A stretch of 61,386 nt of DNA, filler included, from Rhabdomonas costata (GCA_019059605.1; 21 parts of 21 records of this genome joined end to end with filler, not necessarily neighbours in it), one strand, 5' to 3'; counted from the whole stretch's first letter, positions 23,461-37,792 are shown. The notes: generated from the sequence alone by a model not told the origin. A program made the numbers and translations.

Positions 23461-25450
23461 CAATGTTGCGCTTCTCCCTCACATACTCCCCCATGAGCCA
23501 CTCGTTAAGCTCAATGACACTATTGCGGTCGTTGGCATCCTCGATCTTCATGATTAGGTCTCCGGTGCAGTAGGCGGGAATGTCCGCGAAGTGCCTGAAA
23601 GGTGAGCACAAACAGGACCCAGGATACCAGGCTGAAGGAAAGCCAAATCTTCGTTGCTCAAAGCAACAGCACGGGTTTAAAAGCAAACGGTCCACCTGAA
23701 GGTCTAAACACCACTGTTATGTTGAGGTTCGACGGGTGTCCCGCAGCAGAAAGCGAAAAATACAAAGCACAGAAGCATAGCACGCTAGCAGGAAAGCGAT
23801 ATACAAAATGGGAACAATAAATGCAGAGAAATTCTGGAGACGCGCTCTAACCTGAGCTCACTAGTAGAATGGGGAACGGTGAGTGGGGACATCAGAAGCC
23901 CCAGAAACATCAAGCAGCCTTGGTGAAAGGTGAGGGGACGAGTGGGAGAACACGAGGGAAGAGGGACATAGAGCAGTCTTTCAGAAGAGACGGAAGCTCA
24001 AATATGGCTACTATATGCAGGTTTTGTTCCCACAGACAAAGTTCCCCTGAGTCCCCTTTGCTTTTTTGCTTGGTCTCGTGCGCGCTTGAGTAAAAGAAAG
24101 AGCAACCATCACAGAAAAAGAAGTTGAGTATGGCAGGCCGCGAGTGAACTGACCAAGCTTTTGGGGGGAGGAATCCCCCGGTCTGCTTCAAAAACCATCG
24201 CAACAAACAGATCTATTATACATGCGAAAAAACTGGTTGTGGAACAATGCGAAGAGTACAGGGTAGCAGAAGGGGGAGGGGGGGGGCAAACAAACATACT
24301 TGGAGATTAGATGCTGCTTCAGGGCACAGAGCTCTTTGTACATGCTGGTATTGATGCGGTCGATGATATTCTGCCTTCGGGCAAACTGATCCCCGCCCCA
24401 AAGAAAGGAAAACAGGTGCGGCGATAGCGGGCAAACATGAAGGGAGGTTACAAGTATGGCTATTAAAAGCAGCGAAGGCAGTGCTAGAAGTGTGAGCTGC
24501 CGTCAGTTCAAGCTGGTATTTCAATTTACCAGTTCCAAAATTTTGGTAACCACAGCGCTAGAGCACCGTGCATTTTTTGTATTGTATAATCGTATCGCAT
24601 TGTATGCCTGTGCGGCAAAAAAAATTCCATTTCCACTTCCGGCTCAATCCTGTGCCCGCATGAAGTGGATCTGCTGAGCAGGCCAGGCCGAAAATTCATT
24701 TTTTCATTGTCCATAATTTGCGACCCCAGGCCCTTTAATTTTCTAGCTCGAACAGACCCCAACAAAAGGCATTAAAACCTCAAGGGAGAAAATAGCCTCC
24801 AACCCAACCTGTCACTCTAGTTCGAGTTTTGAGGTCAAGTTAGCTCTCCGGTCCGATACGGTCCGGTCTCGTCCGGGAGTGATCACGAGGGAACGGGTTA
24901 ACGTTTTCGGCCGAGACAAGTGGTACCCCCATTTCCGGCAAGGTCTCTGACACTGGTAAGACCGAGGTCGGCTGAAGAGATCAGACACAGGGAAGGACCA
25001 GGGACACAAACACCATGTCAAGTTAAATGCTCTACATCACCCTTTTCCGTCACAGAATTCATATTTTCATACGAAGAAGTGGGCCCAAGTGGGATGAATT
25101 TATCTGAACATTCTCGCAGCGGGCATTGCAGTGGGCAGCAACTTATCATCAGAGTCTCGGACTGTTCCCAAAAGCTGAACTGGCGGAGGCTCGGGTCGTC
25201 ATGTGTAAGGAAGGATGCACCCACACATTCCCCTTGTAAATGTCCCGCTCGTTGGCCAGCGCCATTGCAGCGGCCTGGCACTCGGAGTGATTGGCGGGCA
25301 GGGTGTCGGAGACTGAAGTGCATGTGCTGCTCTTGCGAGAGGTCCCGCTGGACGCCGCCGAGACGCCCTTCCCATTGCCATTAGAAGATTTCGGCCTCTG
25401 GGGGTTCCTCTGGGGGTCGGAGAGGATTTTTGAGCGGGACACCTGGACTA
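23461..25450 (-). CDS. Unknown protein, partial; exons ~25450-25225, ~24374-24300, ~23595-23461
   Basis: Phase-consistent splicing gives ALANERDIYKGNV-QNIIDRINTSMYKELCALKQHLISK-HFADIPAYCTGDLIMKIEDAND; boundaries approximate. Confidence 0.6.
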
Positions 25451-27796
25451 CCGCCTGTTTAGGGCGGGAATAGTCGATGCAACAAAACCGCAGAGTTTGG
25501 CGTTGGGGCGCTTGGGGACTTTGATGGGGATGCTTGTCAAAACCAGTCCATATGTAGGGGACACCACGAAGTGGTGCGCGCTTCATGTTTAAAAAGCATT
25601 AAGTCGTTTAGCATCTCAAAAAAATGCAGTTAGCCTCACAATGACGTAACACCAGCAACACTCGTTGGGGGAAAAAAGTCGAGTGGACGGCAAGGTTCGC
25701 AGAAATCCCCCAAAACAGGAGCCAAAGCAGGAGTTTGGAAAGAGAAAAATGGTTAGCAAGCATCATGCCGCATTAGCACAAAATATCGAGCTTCATGACG
25801 TCAAAAGACATCGCCATATCCATATGCGTGTCGGGCACAAATCTACTCGCGCGCACCTTGAGATCCAGTGCACTCATCGTAGAGGAATTTACATCAGACG
25901 CTCATCATGCGAAAGAAAGAACACTGCAGCAAGGAATGCGACCGGAAGTGAACAACGTGCTGGCACATCCTGGAAACCTGGAGGTGATTTTCAGTGAAAA
26001 GGACAGGATGAGTGGCTTGAAAGGGAACTAGTACTGCAACGATGTTTGAGGTCTTGCCATAAGTGTTGTAGCTATAGGCTAAAGCAGTGCCACAACAGGT
26101 ATCCGGTAATCCCGCCCAGGTTGCAGATATCAGCAAAGCAAGCAATGCCCAATTTATTGATGCGTGTGAGTGTTTTGGGTGCATTGCGCGCTGGCTGTTG
26201 CCTTGATTGATTGTTGGTGACCACTGTGGACTGAAGGGCGCACGCGCTGTTGGCCACAGTGGTCACCCAAAAAANNNNNNNNNNNNNNNNNNNNNNNNNN
26301 NNNNNNNNNNNNNNNNNNTTAATTAATTAANNNNNNNNNNNNNNNNNNNNNNNNNNNNNNNNNNNNNNNNNNNNTGTGGTGGGTACAGTCATGATTCGCT
26401 TTTTTGAAAGGAGGGAGGGAGGGGGGTTGGTTTGGTCGCGCTATTGTTCTGCAATAAGCTGCCGCCCGGGATGTTTCGGCGTTTTGTCCGTCGGCTATAG
26501 GGCTAGCCACGGGACCAGGTATCGGGTTTTGTAGGATAGGTACGAGCGAAAAAAAACTGACTGAAGGTGTAGTTTGTACATTGCTGCCTGGTCAATTCTT
26601 CTTGCTCTCCCCCTCTGCCTCTGTTGCTGCTGCACCATTCCTGGATTCCCCCTCAATTGTGCCTGTGCCACACGGGCCATGCTGGGGATGGGGGCCCAGG
26701 TTGCGTCGTTCGCAGTCAGAAGGGTGTGTGCTTTTTTGTGTCTGCAGTCATCTCTTTTCATGCTTTCCGGGTCGTGGTGTTGTGCCGAGTGCTTTGGGTG
26801 ACCATCTGACGTCGTCATTTGGCACCGGGTCACCGACGGTTGCCTGGCGGGCGTCCGCGACTCACACTCCTGCGTGCAGTGTCCCATTCACCGGCCCTGC
26901 CCATTGTGAGCGGTGCTTTTCCCTTGCCTTGAGTGTGTCAGACACACTTCTCAGTGCTTCAGTTGCTTCAACTGGAAGGGATCCTTTAGGAGGTCTCTTC
27001 TTTTTGTGGTGTCTCGAGGTTCTCATGTGAGAGTTTGGGTGCGCATGTGAGTTCGTCACGGGCACTCGACGACCGCTTGGCGGGTCATACTTCGGCACCT
27101 TTTTGTGCGAAGTGAATGTGGTTTCGGCTTGATAAAGGCTGGGGAAGGTTTACAGCCGCTGTCTAATTTCTTGCCTTCACATTCCAATTTAAGTGCTCTT
27201 CATGCCCCAAATTAGGCGATTCCTGGATATTCTTCAGTGTCAGTATTTTTATGTAATGCTGGTGATAGTGGGGAAGATTTCGGTTGGTCCCTCGGTGTTT
27301 TGTTCGCATAAATGAGAGGGATGAAGAAAAGTCACGTCAGCCTTTCCCCTCGCTCTTTCTGATTGTTGAGGGCGCCATGCCCTGTTAGCACATTTCACCA
27401 CAGTGGCAAACATTGTTCTTCGGGTTTGAGGTCTGCTGGCCAAGGGTAAGATCAGTCTTGTGTTTACGAGCCAATTTTGAACTTGCGCAAACTATTCACA
27501 ACTCCACTCGCATTCGTGGTCGTTCTCTGCGCTATGCTGACGGGCATGACATTTCGTGACATTGGTATTGTTCCGATCAAAAAAAGAAATTGAGAAATTT
27601 GGAATATAGGAATCGTCTGTGTGAGCGTTGCCCCAGCTGGATGTGTGGTCTGATGAGTTCAGAAAAAAAGAGTGAATAGATATTTCCCCGCTATTTCCAG
27701 ATAATTGTTTGGGGTACCCCCCCAGCTGAGTATGTTGCCGAGCGGAAACTTGCTGTTCGCCATGGTTGTATGGGTAGCCTGCACGGAAGCTCACAG

Positions 27797-29202
27797 TTCG
27801 GTCGCTGTACTTTGAGTCCCATGGCCGCAATGATATGCGGCAGTGGCCCGCAGATGGGAAGAAGGGGGCACGGTATATCAAGATCGACTTTAATTTTCAG
27901 TCGGACCCGTGGACCTGTGCTCACCAAGAGCGGCTGTTGGCCCAAGTTCCCGACTCTTCCCTGCCCCCTCAGGAGCTGTTCCCCAACGGTTGCTTTCTCC
28001 TCACTCACTCGTACTGCAACGAGTCAGTTCATTTGAACACCACCGCTGATTTGTTGGCGCAACTTGTTGGCCTGGTCTGGACATCACCGCATCAAAGCCC
28101 TTCCTTGGTCCTTCAGTTGTGCTTTAAGAATAAGCCTCTTCTCTGTTCACAGAACGATACTGCAGCGCCGAAATGGCTCGCTCTTCTGGACGAATTTTAC
28201 GCAAGTGCCACGAAGGCTGTGGCTGGATTGGGGCCGAATGTTGCGTTTGTGCTGGACACGTTGGAATGGACTGAGGGGTGCGTTGTTGGGCGATGGCCGA
28301 AGTGGGCCTCGACCTGGACTGGTGAGAACACGACGGCGGCGTTTACTAGCGCCGCCTTGATGGTCAATATGGAATGGGAGAGCCCAGTGTGGAGGATGAT
28401 CGTGAGAGGTGCGTATCGATGGGCGATCGAATCTCCATTCGCGTACGTTGGCTGGGAACCTGCCCTGCAATCTCGTTTGGAGATCTTCTTCTCTCCGTTC
28501 CTGAATGATTCCACACCCGTTCACAGAGCGGGAGTGATTTCGGCCTACAATGGAGATCCCAGTATGTTTCACGTCTTTACCGCCAATCTTACTGGGCAGC
28601 ACAGCAATTTTCCGGTGGGTAGTTCGAATACCAAGGGATCGTTTTCGACGTACGTTGACGCGTGGGGTGTGCTAATTGTCTGCAGTGTGTTGCGGCAAGG
28701 AGCCATGAAGACAACAATAGAATGTACAGCGCTCGCACGGGGACAGAATGCAAGGTTCGACCCTGTCAGCGACTCGTCCATGTTCAGAGTCCATGGGCTT
28801 CCAACTGTGCTGAGCGTACTTGCCATGCCAACCACGGCGGATGACCACAGATCTTGGAGCAGAACCTCTCTTGTATTAGCTGGTGGCCGTGCAGTGTACG
28901 TTTTGACCGTGACCTGCAGTGGCTTCTTCCGAGGCACGCCCTCCTGGTGTCGCTTTGCTGACTCACGAAGCGTACCTCGGAGGGTGTTCTGGACTGTCGA
29001 TGTAAAAAGGTATCTGGTCGATGTCGGGTTGTGCAATGCAAACCCAGCCAGCCCTGTGGAGTTTTATGCCGTTTCCGGGCGAATTTCCCGCCATCCACCA
29101 CACGCATTGTTCGTGAACATATGGAAGGTGAACATAGGTATCTTGTCTTTCCATTCGGTTGTTAGTGACGTTATGATGACCCGCAATGCATTTGGGAATT
29201 CA
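27797..29202 (+). CDS. Large exon (>460 aa) of an uncharacterised protein, possibly with a PLC-like phosphodiesterase N-terminal domain
   Basis: 1.4-kb open frame after a CAG acceptor; SHGRND...KGARYIKID...GCFLLTH spacing recalls GDPD/PI-PLC-like folds (weak). Confidence 0.7.
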
Positions 29203-29852
29203 NNNNNNNNNNNNNNNNNNNNNNNNNNNNNNNNNNNNNNNNNNNNTTAATTAATTAANNNNNNNNNNNNNNNNNNNNNNNNNNNNNNNNNNNNNNNNNN
29301 NNGTGGGACGAGGGCCGACAGGAGCACTTCTCCCTCATTCATGAAGATCTACATTGGGCATTTCCTACAGTGTGGGCACTTGTTAAGGTGACGTTATCAA
29401 GAAAAAAGTAGTGTCAAGTAGGAGGTGTTTATCATCGATATAGGTGAGCGGTTGTGTGACATGGATATGCGTCAATGCGCCCGAATGGGTTTTTGCTGAT
29501 TCACTGAGACTCGGCCAGCGGGGTGGGGTTTCTTCCTGTTGTTGCCGTAACCACTGGGGCCTGGAGCAAGAGCTCCCTAGCCTCCATATAACATTGGCCT
29601 CAGGGGGTGGGCATTTCCACACCTGTTTGACCTCTTTCCCTCTTCCTCGCCGCTCTCTCTGTTGTGATTGACTGCTCCGTTCCTCTCATGTTTATTGTTC
29701 GCTCGCCCAGTCTATTTTGTTCTTCTTGGGCCTCTGCAATTTGTTTGCACCCTTATCTTTGCCATTCCGTTCTTTTTGAACTCAGTTGTCCGTTGTGTGG
29801 TGTCGTATGGAAGGAGCGGCGAGGTGTGTGGGGGGGTCATATCAGGGCTCAG

Positions 29853-31470
29853 GTGGCGCTGCTGCGGGACGAGGAGAAGGGCTACCAGTATCTCGAGGAT
29901 GTGGAGGACCCCAACCTGCTGTGCCCGCTGTGCTACCGCCCCTTTGTGGAGCCCATGGTGACACCCTGCGGGTGTGTACGTGCGAGTTTTAGTGGATGCT
30001 CACTGTCCAGCAGACTAAAAGTGAGGCACAAGCAAATCGGGAGGATTTTGTGTGGATCAGTGTGCGTCCATGTGCAGTAGCGGTGCGAAAGTGTCGGTGA
30101 GCAAGCAAATGGTCGGCAGTAACTTACAGAGGGTGAGGCAAGCGTGGATGACAGGAAAAAATTGGGGCAAAGTTAGAGGATGGGGTTTGAGATTTCGGTC
30201 AGGAGGAGGAGGAGTGGGTTTTGTTGCGCAGCATCCTGGAGACGCACGGGTAGCGCTGAGCAGCCTTTGTGGAGTGGGATGTTGCACTGGGCTCCTCTCC
30301 TTCTGGGAAGCTCAGTGAGTCATCTCCTAGGATGCCGGATGTGCCTGGGGATGGGGACTAAACTCCTTACTACTTGCACCCCAGTCTAAAGGAATAGGGT
30401 GGGGCAAGGTAGGGGTCCCGGGTAAGGCTTTCTCATCAAAGGTTACCCTTGCTTTCATCACAGCAGACTCAAGAGAAAACAAGTGGATCCTGCCAAAGTG
30501 TCAGCCATCAAGGGTTCAGGGCTTTGGAAACAAGGAAAAAAGATACTGTCATGGTTGAGGTTACCTTTCTTCTGTATGTTTACCTTGACTTTCATTACAT
30601 CACTCATGGGAAAGTGCAAGACAAGGATCGCCCCCCCCCCCAATTCTGAGACAATTTTCGCCCAAACGCTTACATAAAAGGCACACCTACTGTGCCCACT
30701 GCGTCACGGAGTCCCTGCGGCGGGTGGCCAGCAAGTGCCCCATCTGCGTGCGTCATCTGGAGAAGGAGCAGCTCAAGCCCGCGGATAAGGTGCCCCCATG
30801 CGCCTGGCGCACCACGTGCTCCTTTAGTCGCTCTCGGGTTTCATGGGGTTGCGTACTGATACACACAAAAATTCATTCCCCTAGCTGCCCCTCTCTTTTC
30901 TGCTGTTGCTCTCTATCGGTGCTGGAACTCCGAAAGGTGCGCTTTCCTGGTGGTCGTGTGTATGGGTTGTCGTACAGTTTAATTTTCAAAAATGGAGATC
31001 GGTCTCGTCCAGAGATGATTTTTAAGATGATTCTTGTATTAAGTTTCTTTTTATAATTTTCCTTAGCTGTGGATTCCGCTCGACTCCTTTTTCACTGTGT
31101 ATTCGGATGCGCACCCGCATACACCGCTCCCTCGTTCCCCACCACCATCACACTTCAACCTATCACCCCGGATGCAGAGTACACACAGCTTGCAAACGCG
31201 AAAAGAGTTATCGGGATTATGCGTACGAAGATTTTGGGTTGGGACTTAAGCGGAAAACCGAGCCGCCACCAGTGGCGCATAGTCATTCCAATGAGGTGGC
31301 TGGCTTTTTCTTTTCTGCCTGTGTCACAGGAGCTGATCTTGAAGCTGGACGGATTGGCGGTATGCTGTCCTCATGCCCAGGACTACGGCTGCAACTTTGT
31401 CTGTGACCGTGGCTCCATGGAGCTCCACCTCAGCACCTGCCCCTGCGAGCACCAGTACCAAGAGGACGAG
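29853..31470 (+). CDS. RING-HC plus TRAF-type zinc-finger protein; exons 29853-29971, 30681-30789, 31330-31470
   Basis: LCPLC...PCGHTYCAHC...CPIC, then CPH...GC......MELHLSTC. Confidence 0.9.
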
Positions 31471-31996
31471 GTGAGAGTTTGAGTGGGTGTGGGTGTGAGG
31501 TCCGAGGTCACAGCGTGCTCATAGGACGCGGAGATGGGTGGTGGTTCCTTCACCCTCGGGTTGTCCACTTCTGGAGTGAGTTGTTTGCCATGTTTTCAAC
31601 GGTACTTCTCTGGTCTAATTGCGGATCCCGAATCGGGACCTCGGGTTTTGTTATTCAAAATTTCCCTACAGAGAGAAAGCCCGTCTTCTTTTGTCGATGC
31701 TTTTGAATGTGGCTTCTTTCTGGCGAGAAGTGCCCCTGCCGAAAGGACCGGTGACGCAGAGAACGACGACATTTAATACGCGGTGTTCCAACTAAACTAA
31801 TAGCAGCTTGGTTGGTGAGAAAAGAGAGAGAGAAACTTTCTTGCAATTCTAGCCATGGCTTCAATTCCTACTGATTCCACACATGCAGACATTTTACGCC
31901 CATACATGTACAAAGGAAAGGTCACAGCCCCCTCCCACACACACACAACCAAATAATATTGTTCATATTTGCTGCCGACTTGCTTTTTAGGGTTCA

Positions 31997-32122
31997 GGGT
32001 TCAGCCATCCTAAAATATTGACTGCACCAGCTGAGATGTACTCTAAAGGAGGAGCTTTTAAATGCGATATTTTTTGGGGGGGAAGGTATGCCTGTGTATT
32101 TTCTTTTAGGATGGCTGAACCC
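31997..32122. mobile_element. 126-bp MITE-like element with 19-bp perfect terminal inverted repeats
   Basis: GGGTTCAGCCATCCTAAAA / TTTTAGGATGGCTGAACCC. Confidence 0.6.
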
Positions 32123-32544
32123 ACAAAACNNNNNNNNNNNNNNNNNNNNNNNNNNNNNNNNNNNNNNNNNNNNTTAATTAATTAANNNNNNNNNNNNNNN
32201 NNNNNNNNNNNNNNNNNNNNNNNNNNNNNGTGGTGGGTGTGTTTGGTTGGTTGGGGATACCTTTTATTCTGAGGTTTCTGATTCTGAGGTTTGAGAGAAA
32301 TTCGGGAATCCGCTCTTCCCGTTTTGTGCTTTGTTTCATTCTTCATCGAGTGGAAAGCGTTGAAAGTGCTGAGAGCCCGTTGCGAGGCTGTTACCACCAA
32401 CCCTCGCACTCACCCACAGTGCTCTTTTTTGTTTGCTGCTAACGTTTCTCCCCTTTGAGTATTCCGATGCGGTGTCACTGTGTCGTATAGTGTGAAGCAC
32501 GTTTTCCACTTCCCTTCTCCCATTTTTCTCTCTTCCCTGCACAT

Positions 32545-34880
32545 ATGGCAACCTTTTCGGAGCTTCGGGCACAGCTCCAGCAGCGCAAGCTTCAGCACTA
32601 CTCCGCCTTGCTGCGCGCCCAGCCCGGCGACCCCGTGTGCACGGCCTGGTTTGACCTCGTCGTACTGACCGCGGGAGACGCCTCCCAAGCGGCCCACTTT
32701 GAACACACTCTGGCCGAGCTCCTGCGGCAGGGCAGGCTGCCTGCTGCCCCCCGGTATGTGGTTCTGGGCGACCCCCCGGGGGTCCGGGTGGGGTGTGGGG
32801 GCTCCACGCTGAGGGTGTTGCAACACCTGGAGAGGGAGCTGGGGCGGCCAGAGCTGCTGCGGAGGAAGGTCCTTCTGATCCACGCAGGTTGGTGAGTGCG
32901 TGTATCTTCTTTTCTTTCGTTGCTTTGCTTTTGCACCATTCTCAGACTGTGGACCTGACGAAGCTTTTGCTGTTTTTGTGCTTTTTCTTGGGTGGTGTTA
33001 ACGTCCAATAAAAAGGAAACCTGTTTCTCAATTTTCGTACAACTTTTTCACCTTAATGGATAGAAAATCGCCCCGTTTCTACGGGGTTTTATCAAGGAAC
33101 CGCTGCTTGTGATGCAATTCCAACCCAGCGCTCACGCTTTTGTGGTGCATTTTATGTTCTTATGTTTTCTTCCAAATTCCTGCAATCGCGAGTCTGCCAT
33201 GGGGCTTCAACAGGTCGCGGGCGCTCATTCAATCATCATAGCAAGTCTGTGATGAAAATCCCTTTTTCTCTTTGACACACACAAACTAACATTCACCACG
33301 AGTCCGACATGACTTAGCCAGACAACACATCGCCGCATCCTTGTGCCATTCTCATGCCGTGCATGTGCGACAGTCACCCAACCTCACCCGTGCTGCAGGG
33401 GGGTACAGCAAGCGGCTGCCGCACCACAGCATCAGCGGGAAGATCTTCGCCACGGTCCCCCTGGAGCTTCCCAGGGCCTCGCCTTCAACCGCCCGACCTG
33501 TCCTGGCGACCATGCTGGAGGTAAAGCTGGTGATGCTTGCGGAGCTCCCCCCGAGACTGCCGCCAGGGGTCTTCCTGACTTGCTCCGATGATATCGTTCT
33601 GTTTGACGGCTCGGGGGATGACCTGAGAAGCTGCCAGGGCTTTGCCGCGCTGGGACACCCCTCTACGCTGGAAATCGGTCTTCCGTTCATCACCTTTTGC
33701 CTTGTGAAGGGATGGTCGCGTCTTTGTTTGAGGGATGCCCACCATTGTGCGTCCTCATGGGGAAGTTGAATCGGTTCTCTTAGAGTACACAGCAAAACGC
33801 ACACGCCAGCTGAGAACGCGAGGGGTATATTTGATGGGGATGGCTTCCGCTCCTCATATAGTGCGATTCATGTCAAAAGTGAGAGCTCTGACACCAAAAT
33901 TAAACACTTGCCTTGACAAAGGAAAAAAGCGACAGGTTCAGAAGGAACCAAAAGTGTTTTTATGTGCCTTTTAGTTTTAGGAATAATTTCTCAGTTTGCA
34001 GTTTTAAAGGTGAAGCAAACAACATTTTCGATTCGTTCATCTTGTCGAAAGGGGACTGCGGTGTGGCCTCCCGCCAATGGAGCAAGACCTGGAATCGAGA
34101 GTTCCGTTTCCAGCAAAAAAAAAAGGTTTTCGGTTGGGTTTCTGCTTTATCTAAGACTGCTTTATTTAAGACTGCAGGCCCCAATGGTTTCAACGGTTCG
34201 TGGGAAGGGAGGGGACGGGTGGTTTGTCACGCTTGTACAGGAACTGGCCACGGGGTGTTTGTCCTGCCCCCCACCCCCAGCGGCGTTTCGGGAAGTAGTC
34301 CCTCTCCTGGAGTGGTCCCATGCCTTCGGTTCCTGCACAAGCCCTCTCGCGAGGAGATGCGTGCTCAGGGCGCGGTGGTGGCGCTGCCAAGCAACGGCGC
34401 TGAAGACGCAGGGCACAGGTTGTTTGCCCCCCCCCCTCCCGATGCCATTTTCTTTGCGGACTTGCACTTGCGTGGTATTGTTGCTTCAAACCAGAAGATT
34501 AAAAGAAGGATGACTGCTGTTTTTTTTTTTTGAAGAGCTTCCTTTTGTTGGCCCCGCGTTTTCGATGCTTGCTAACTTGAGTTGAGTGCCTCCCGCCCCC
34601 TTGCAGTTGTTGTCATCCTTCTCACGCGCCATATCTCAGGCAGACCCATCGTGCCCCTCCTCCTATATAGTCTCCAAATGGCGAGGGGATCGCTCTTGCG
34701 TGATCTTATCGGCCTGCCCTCCTACTCTTGGGGTTGGATCGGATTCTTTCTCCCTTTCATTTGCTGCTGTGTGTTAGGGGGGAGGAAGGCGTGTACACGG
34801 ACAGCGCGTTCTTTTGGGGCTCCGCCGTCACCCCGAGGCTTCTGGAGGCAGCAGTGCTTCTGGGAGAGCTCCAGGGCGAG
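32545..34880 (+). CDS. Fucose-1-phosphate guanylyltransferase / fucokinase-family protein; exons 32545-32887, 33399-33677, 34241-34418, 34778-34880
   Basis: FDLVVLTA, DPPGVRVGCGGST, LLIHAGGYSKRLP..S..GKIF, GTGHGVF, FLHKPS, VYTDS. Confidence 0.9.
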
Positions 34881-37106
34881 GTACTAAGTGATTCTGTGTT
34901 GCTTGCCAACGCTTGTGGGAATGAGCTTCCTGGGTGCCACACTCGGAGTAGGTCGCTCGATGTCCTTACTATCATTTTTTGGCTGGTTCGAGCCTTTCTG
35001 AAGTTTGTTGCTCGTGGCAGGCAATGTCTTTGTGATGCCTCTGCCGCGGTTCGAGTGNNNNNNNNNNNNNNNNNNNNNNNNNNNNNNNNNNNNNNNNNNN
35101 NTTAATTAATTAANNNNNNNNNNNNNNNNNNNNNNNNNNNNNNNNNNNNNNNNNNNNTTGGGTTGATCTGGAATTAGGGTCGACCCGAAACTCGAAAGGT
35201 ACAAACAGCGAAGATTTCACAACCACACGAAGTGGCAGGGATATCCATACTTTGGCTCTGAACGGGGATCCCTACATGCTTGTGTGACATTTTCATGATC
35301 CTAATTGAGGGGAAAAGAAACTATGGGGATACAGTTTACAGTGCCTGCCCTCGCACGCGGATTGTGATGGCGCCGCAATGCATGCGTTTTTTCCTGGAGT
35401 CTGGGTTTTCGGCAAGGGCATCTTTAAAAAATCCTCACTATCGTTGCGTCAGAAATACTTCCACGGGCGATCCCAGGAAGGTCTGTTGGTCGGTGGTCAC
35501 CTTTTGGATCTCAGCACTTCTTCAGCACTTTGGGCGCTGGGTCAGGTGGCGATTCTACGCTTTTGATTGATTGCAGGGCATTTGTTTATGGCGGGGTTCA
35601 GGTGTTGTTGGTAAGATTCACCCCTTTGCATGGATTTTAAGGGGGATCTCTTTTCGGCGAACCGATCTTCCGAAAATTCAAAGGCGATGCAGAAAAAATC
35701 GATTCCTGGGCAATATTTTGACTTCCGGTTTTTTTTGCAATACGTTTTTGTGGGGGGGTCGGTCGGTTGGCCGGTTGCATTTTTTACCCTCCTCAGCCAT
35801 GGACCCCGGCAGCAGCAGCAGCACAGTCCTTTGGGATGTGCCAGGGTGCGGTGGTGGTCCCAGGACGGGTCCACACTGGGCCTCTCTGCACTGCCCCTCA
35901 TTTTGCGGAAGCGGGAACGTACTTCAGGGAATTTGCTGGCTATAGTATGGGTGTGAGCGTCATTGGCGGTCTGGAATATTTTGGTTTTTCAGGAGGGGAG
36001 GGGGGTGCGTTTAACGGTATAACGGGGCGGTGTGTGAACAAGAATATTTTTACCATTATGTGACAGGAACTTATTCCTTGCTGGGTGCTGGGCCTTTGCT
36101 AACAAAAAGATGAGGATTAGTTAGGGGCGGAGGCGCGGTCGGAGCGGCTGAGGCGGGGACGTTGCCTGGGGAGAGATTTCAATACTACCTTGCGATACAC
36201 GTCAAACCGAAGCATGTGCACTAGTGCTTAGATGGGCCTGTTCACCGTTGGCTTTGTTCGTCCTTCGTCTCATAACGCCTTTTTACCGTATAAATGCGTT
36301 ATACCGTTAACCCCACCCCCCATGCCCTCCAAACAGACCGGACCCCTTCTCTGGTTGCGCTGCTGGCGAAGCGGTGTGGTCCATTTTCAAAACGCTTCTC
36401 TGGAAGTGGCCTCATCAGCTAGTCAACTCGAGAGGCCCGTGGAAGACAGTGGTCGCCACATCCTATCCTGTGGTCGACAACAAAATTGTGAAAAATCGGA
36501 AAAAAGTAAACCCCCGTCGAAAATCGAAAAGGATCAAAGAAGTCGAAGGAGCCCATGCGGTCTCTTGCGTCGTGCAGTGCGCGCCGTGCACAGAGGAGCC
36601 GGGTTTCCTTTTGACTCTGAACAGGTTACTCGCCGCAAATGGCCTTCCATTGGGGCCCTGGAGGAGACGACTCCCAGCCTGCTCATTCTCTCATCCGGCC
36701 ATCCCCGTATCTTTCCTAGCCATTTCGCCCCTTCTGTATATTTTCTGCCCATTTAATTGTTGCTTTGCATGAGAAGACGGCACATCCTGTGAAAAGGAAT
36801 AAAAACATAATTCTCGAAAATTCGTCCCTCGCATACATGTGCGCTCACCACGCAGCAGGCCAAGGTCAGTAACTTTGGCAAGGCTGCAGGGCAAACCTGT
36901 CCTGCTAAATCTGTCGGGGCTATTCCCTTGTCGATGCGGGTGAGTTTGAGTTGGCACCCCCTCCCCCCTCACTGCGTTTCTTTCAAAAACCTAATTGAGA
37001 CATATTTGTAGATGTTCTTGAAGATTTTGACTCATTACAAAACGCCATTCCGTTGGGAATCGACCCTGAGCTTGGGGTGACCACCTCTCCTCCTTGCCTT
37101 CCCCAG

Positions 37107-37792
37107 AGACGAGACAGTCCTGAAGGACTTTGTGCTGAAGGCCCTGGTGGACCGCAAGATGGTTGTGGTCATGCCTTCTCCTTTGCTTTTTTGATGGAGT
37201 GGCTTTTTCTTCTTTTTCTTCTTCTTCTACTGCTGCCGATTTATTCGAAAACGTTGGTTCCGTGCACACGTGTACGCGGCGGTCCGGGGAGGTCGGGCCC
37301 GTCGACCCCCCCCCCCCCCGAAAAGCTTCTTAATTCACCGCTATCCTCACTCACTCCTCGTTTCGCGGCTCCTCAAATGTGCATCTGAAGGAAGCCAAAT
37401 AAGGTTTAAGAATCGTGTGGTTCCGTCTTCTGGTCAATCACGGCTAAATGTGTACATAGTAGGCCTGCCCTTTTTTACTCGCAGGAAAAACGTTACAGAG
37501 GAAACGTAAATTCCAGGGTCCCCAACAACATTGAAAAAAACGTAAAATGGCGAATCTGTAAATAGCTTGGGATCCAGAGTCCAAAAGGAATAGGGGACCT
37601 GGGTGCGCCCCTACCAGGGCTCTCACAAGCCGAGCCCCCTGATCACGGTGGCTGGGGAGGAGGGTGAGCCCGTGCTGCGGACCCGGGCCAAGGAGGCCAC
37701 CGTGGCGCCGGTGTGGAACGAGGTCTTTGGGCTGGCCGTGCCGCCCAAGGTGCGCTACCTTACCCTGCAGTGCTGGGACTCCAGCCTACCTG
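37107..37792 (+). CDS. C2-domain protein; exons 37107-37161, 37594-37792
   Basis: PSPLITV...RTRAKEATVAPVWNEVF...LTLQCWD. Confidence 0.8.
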
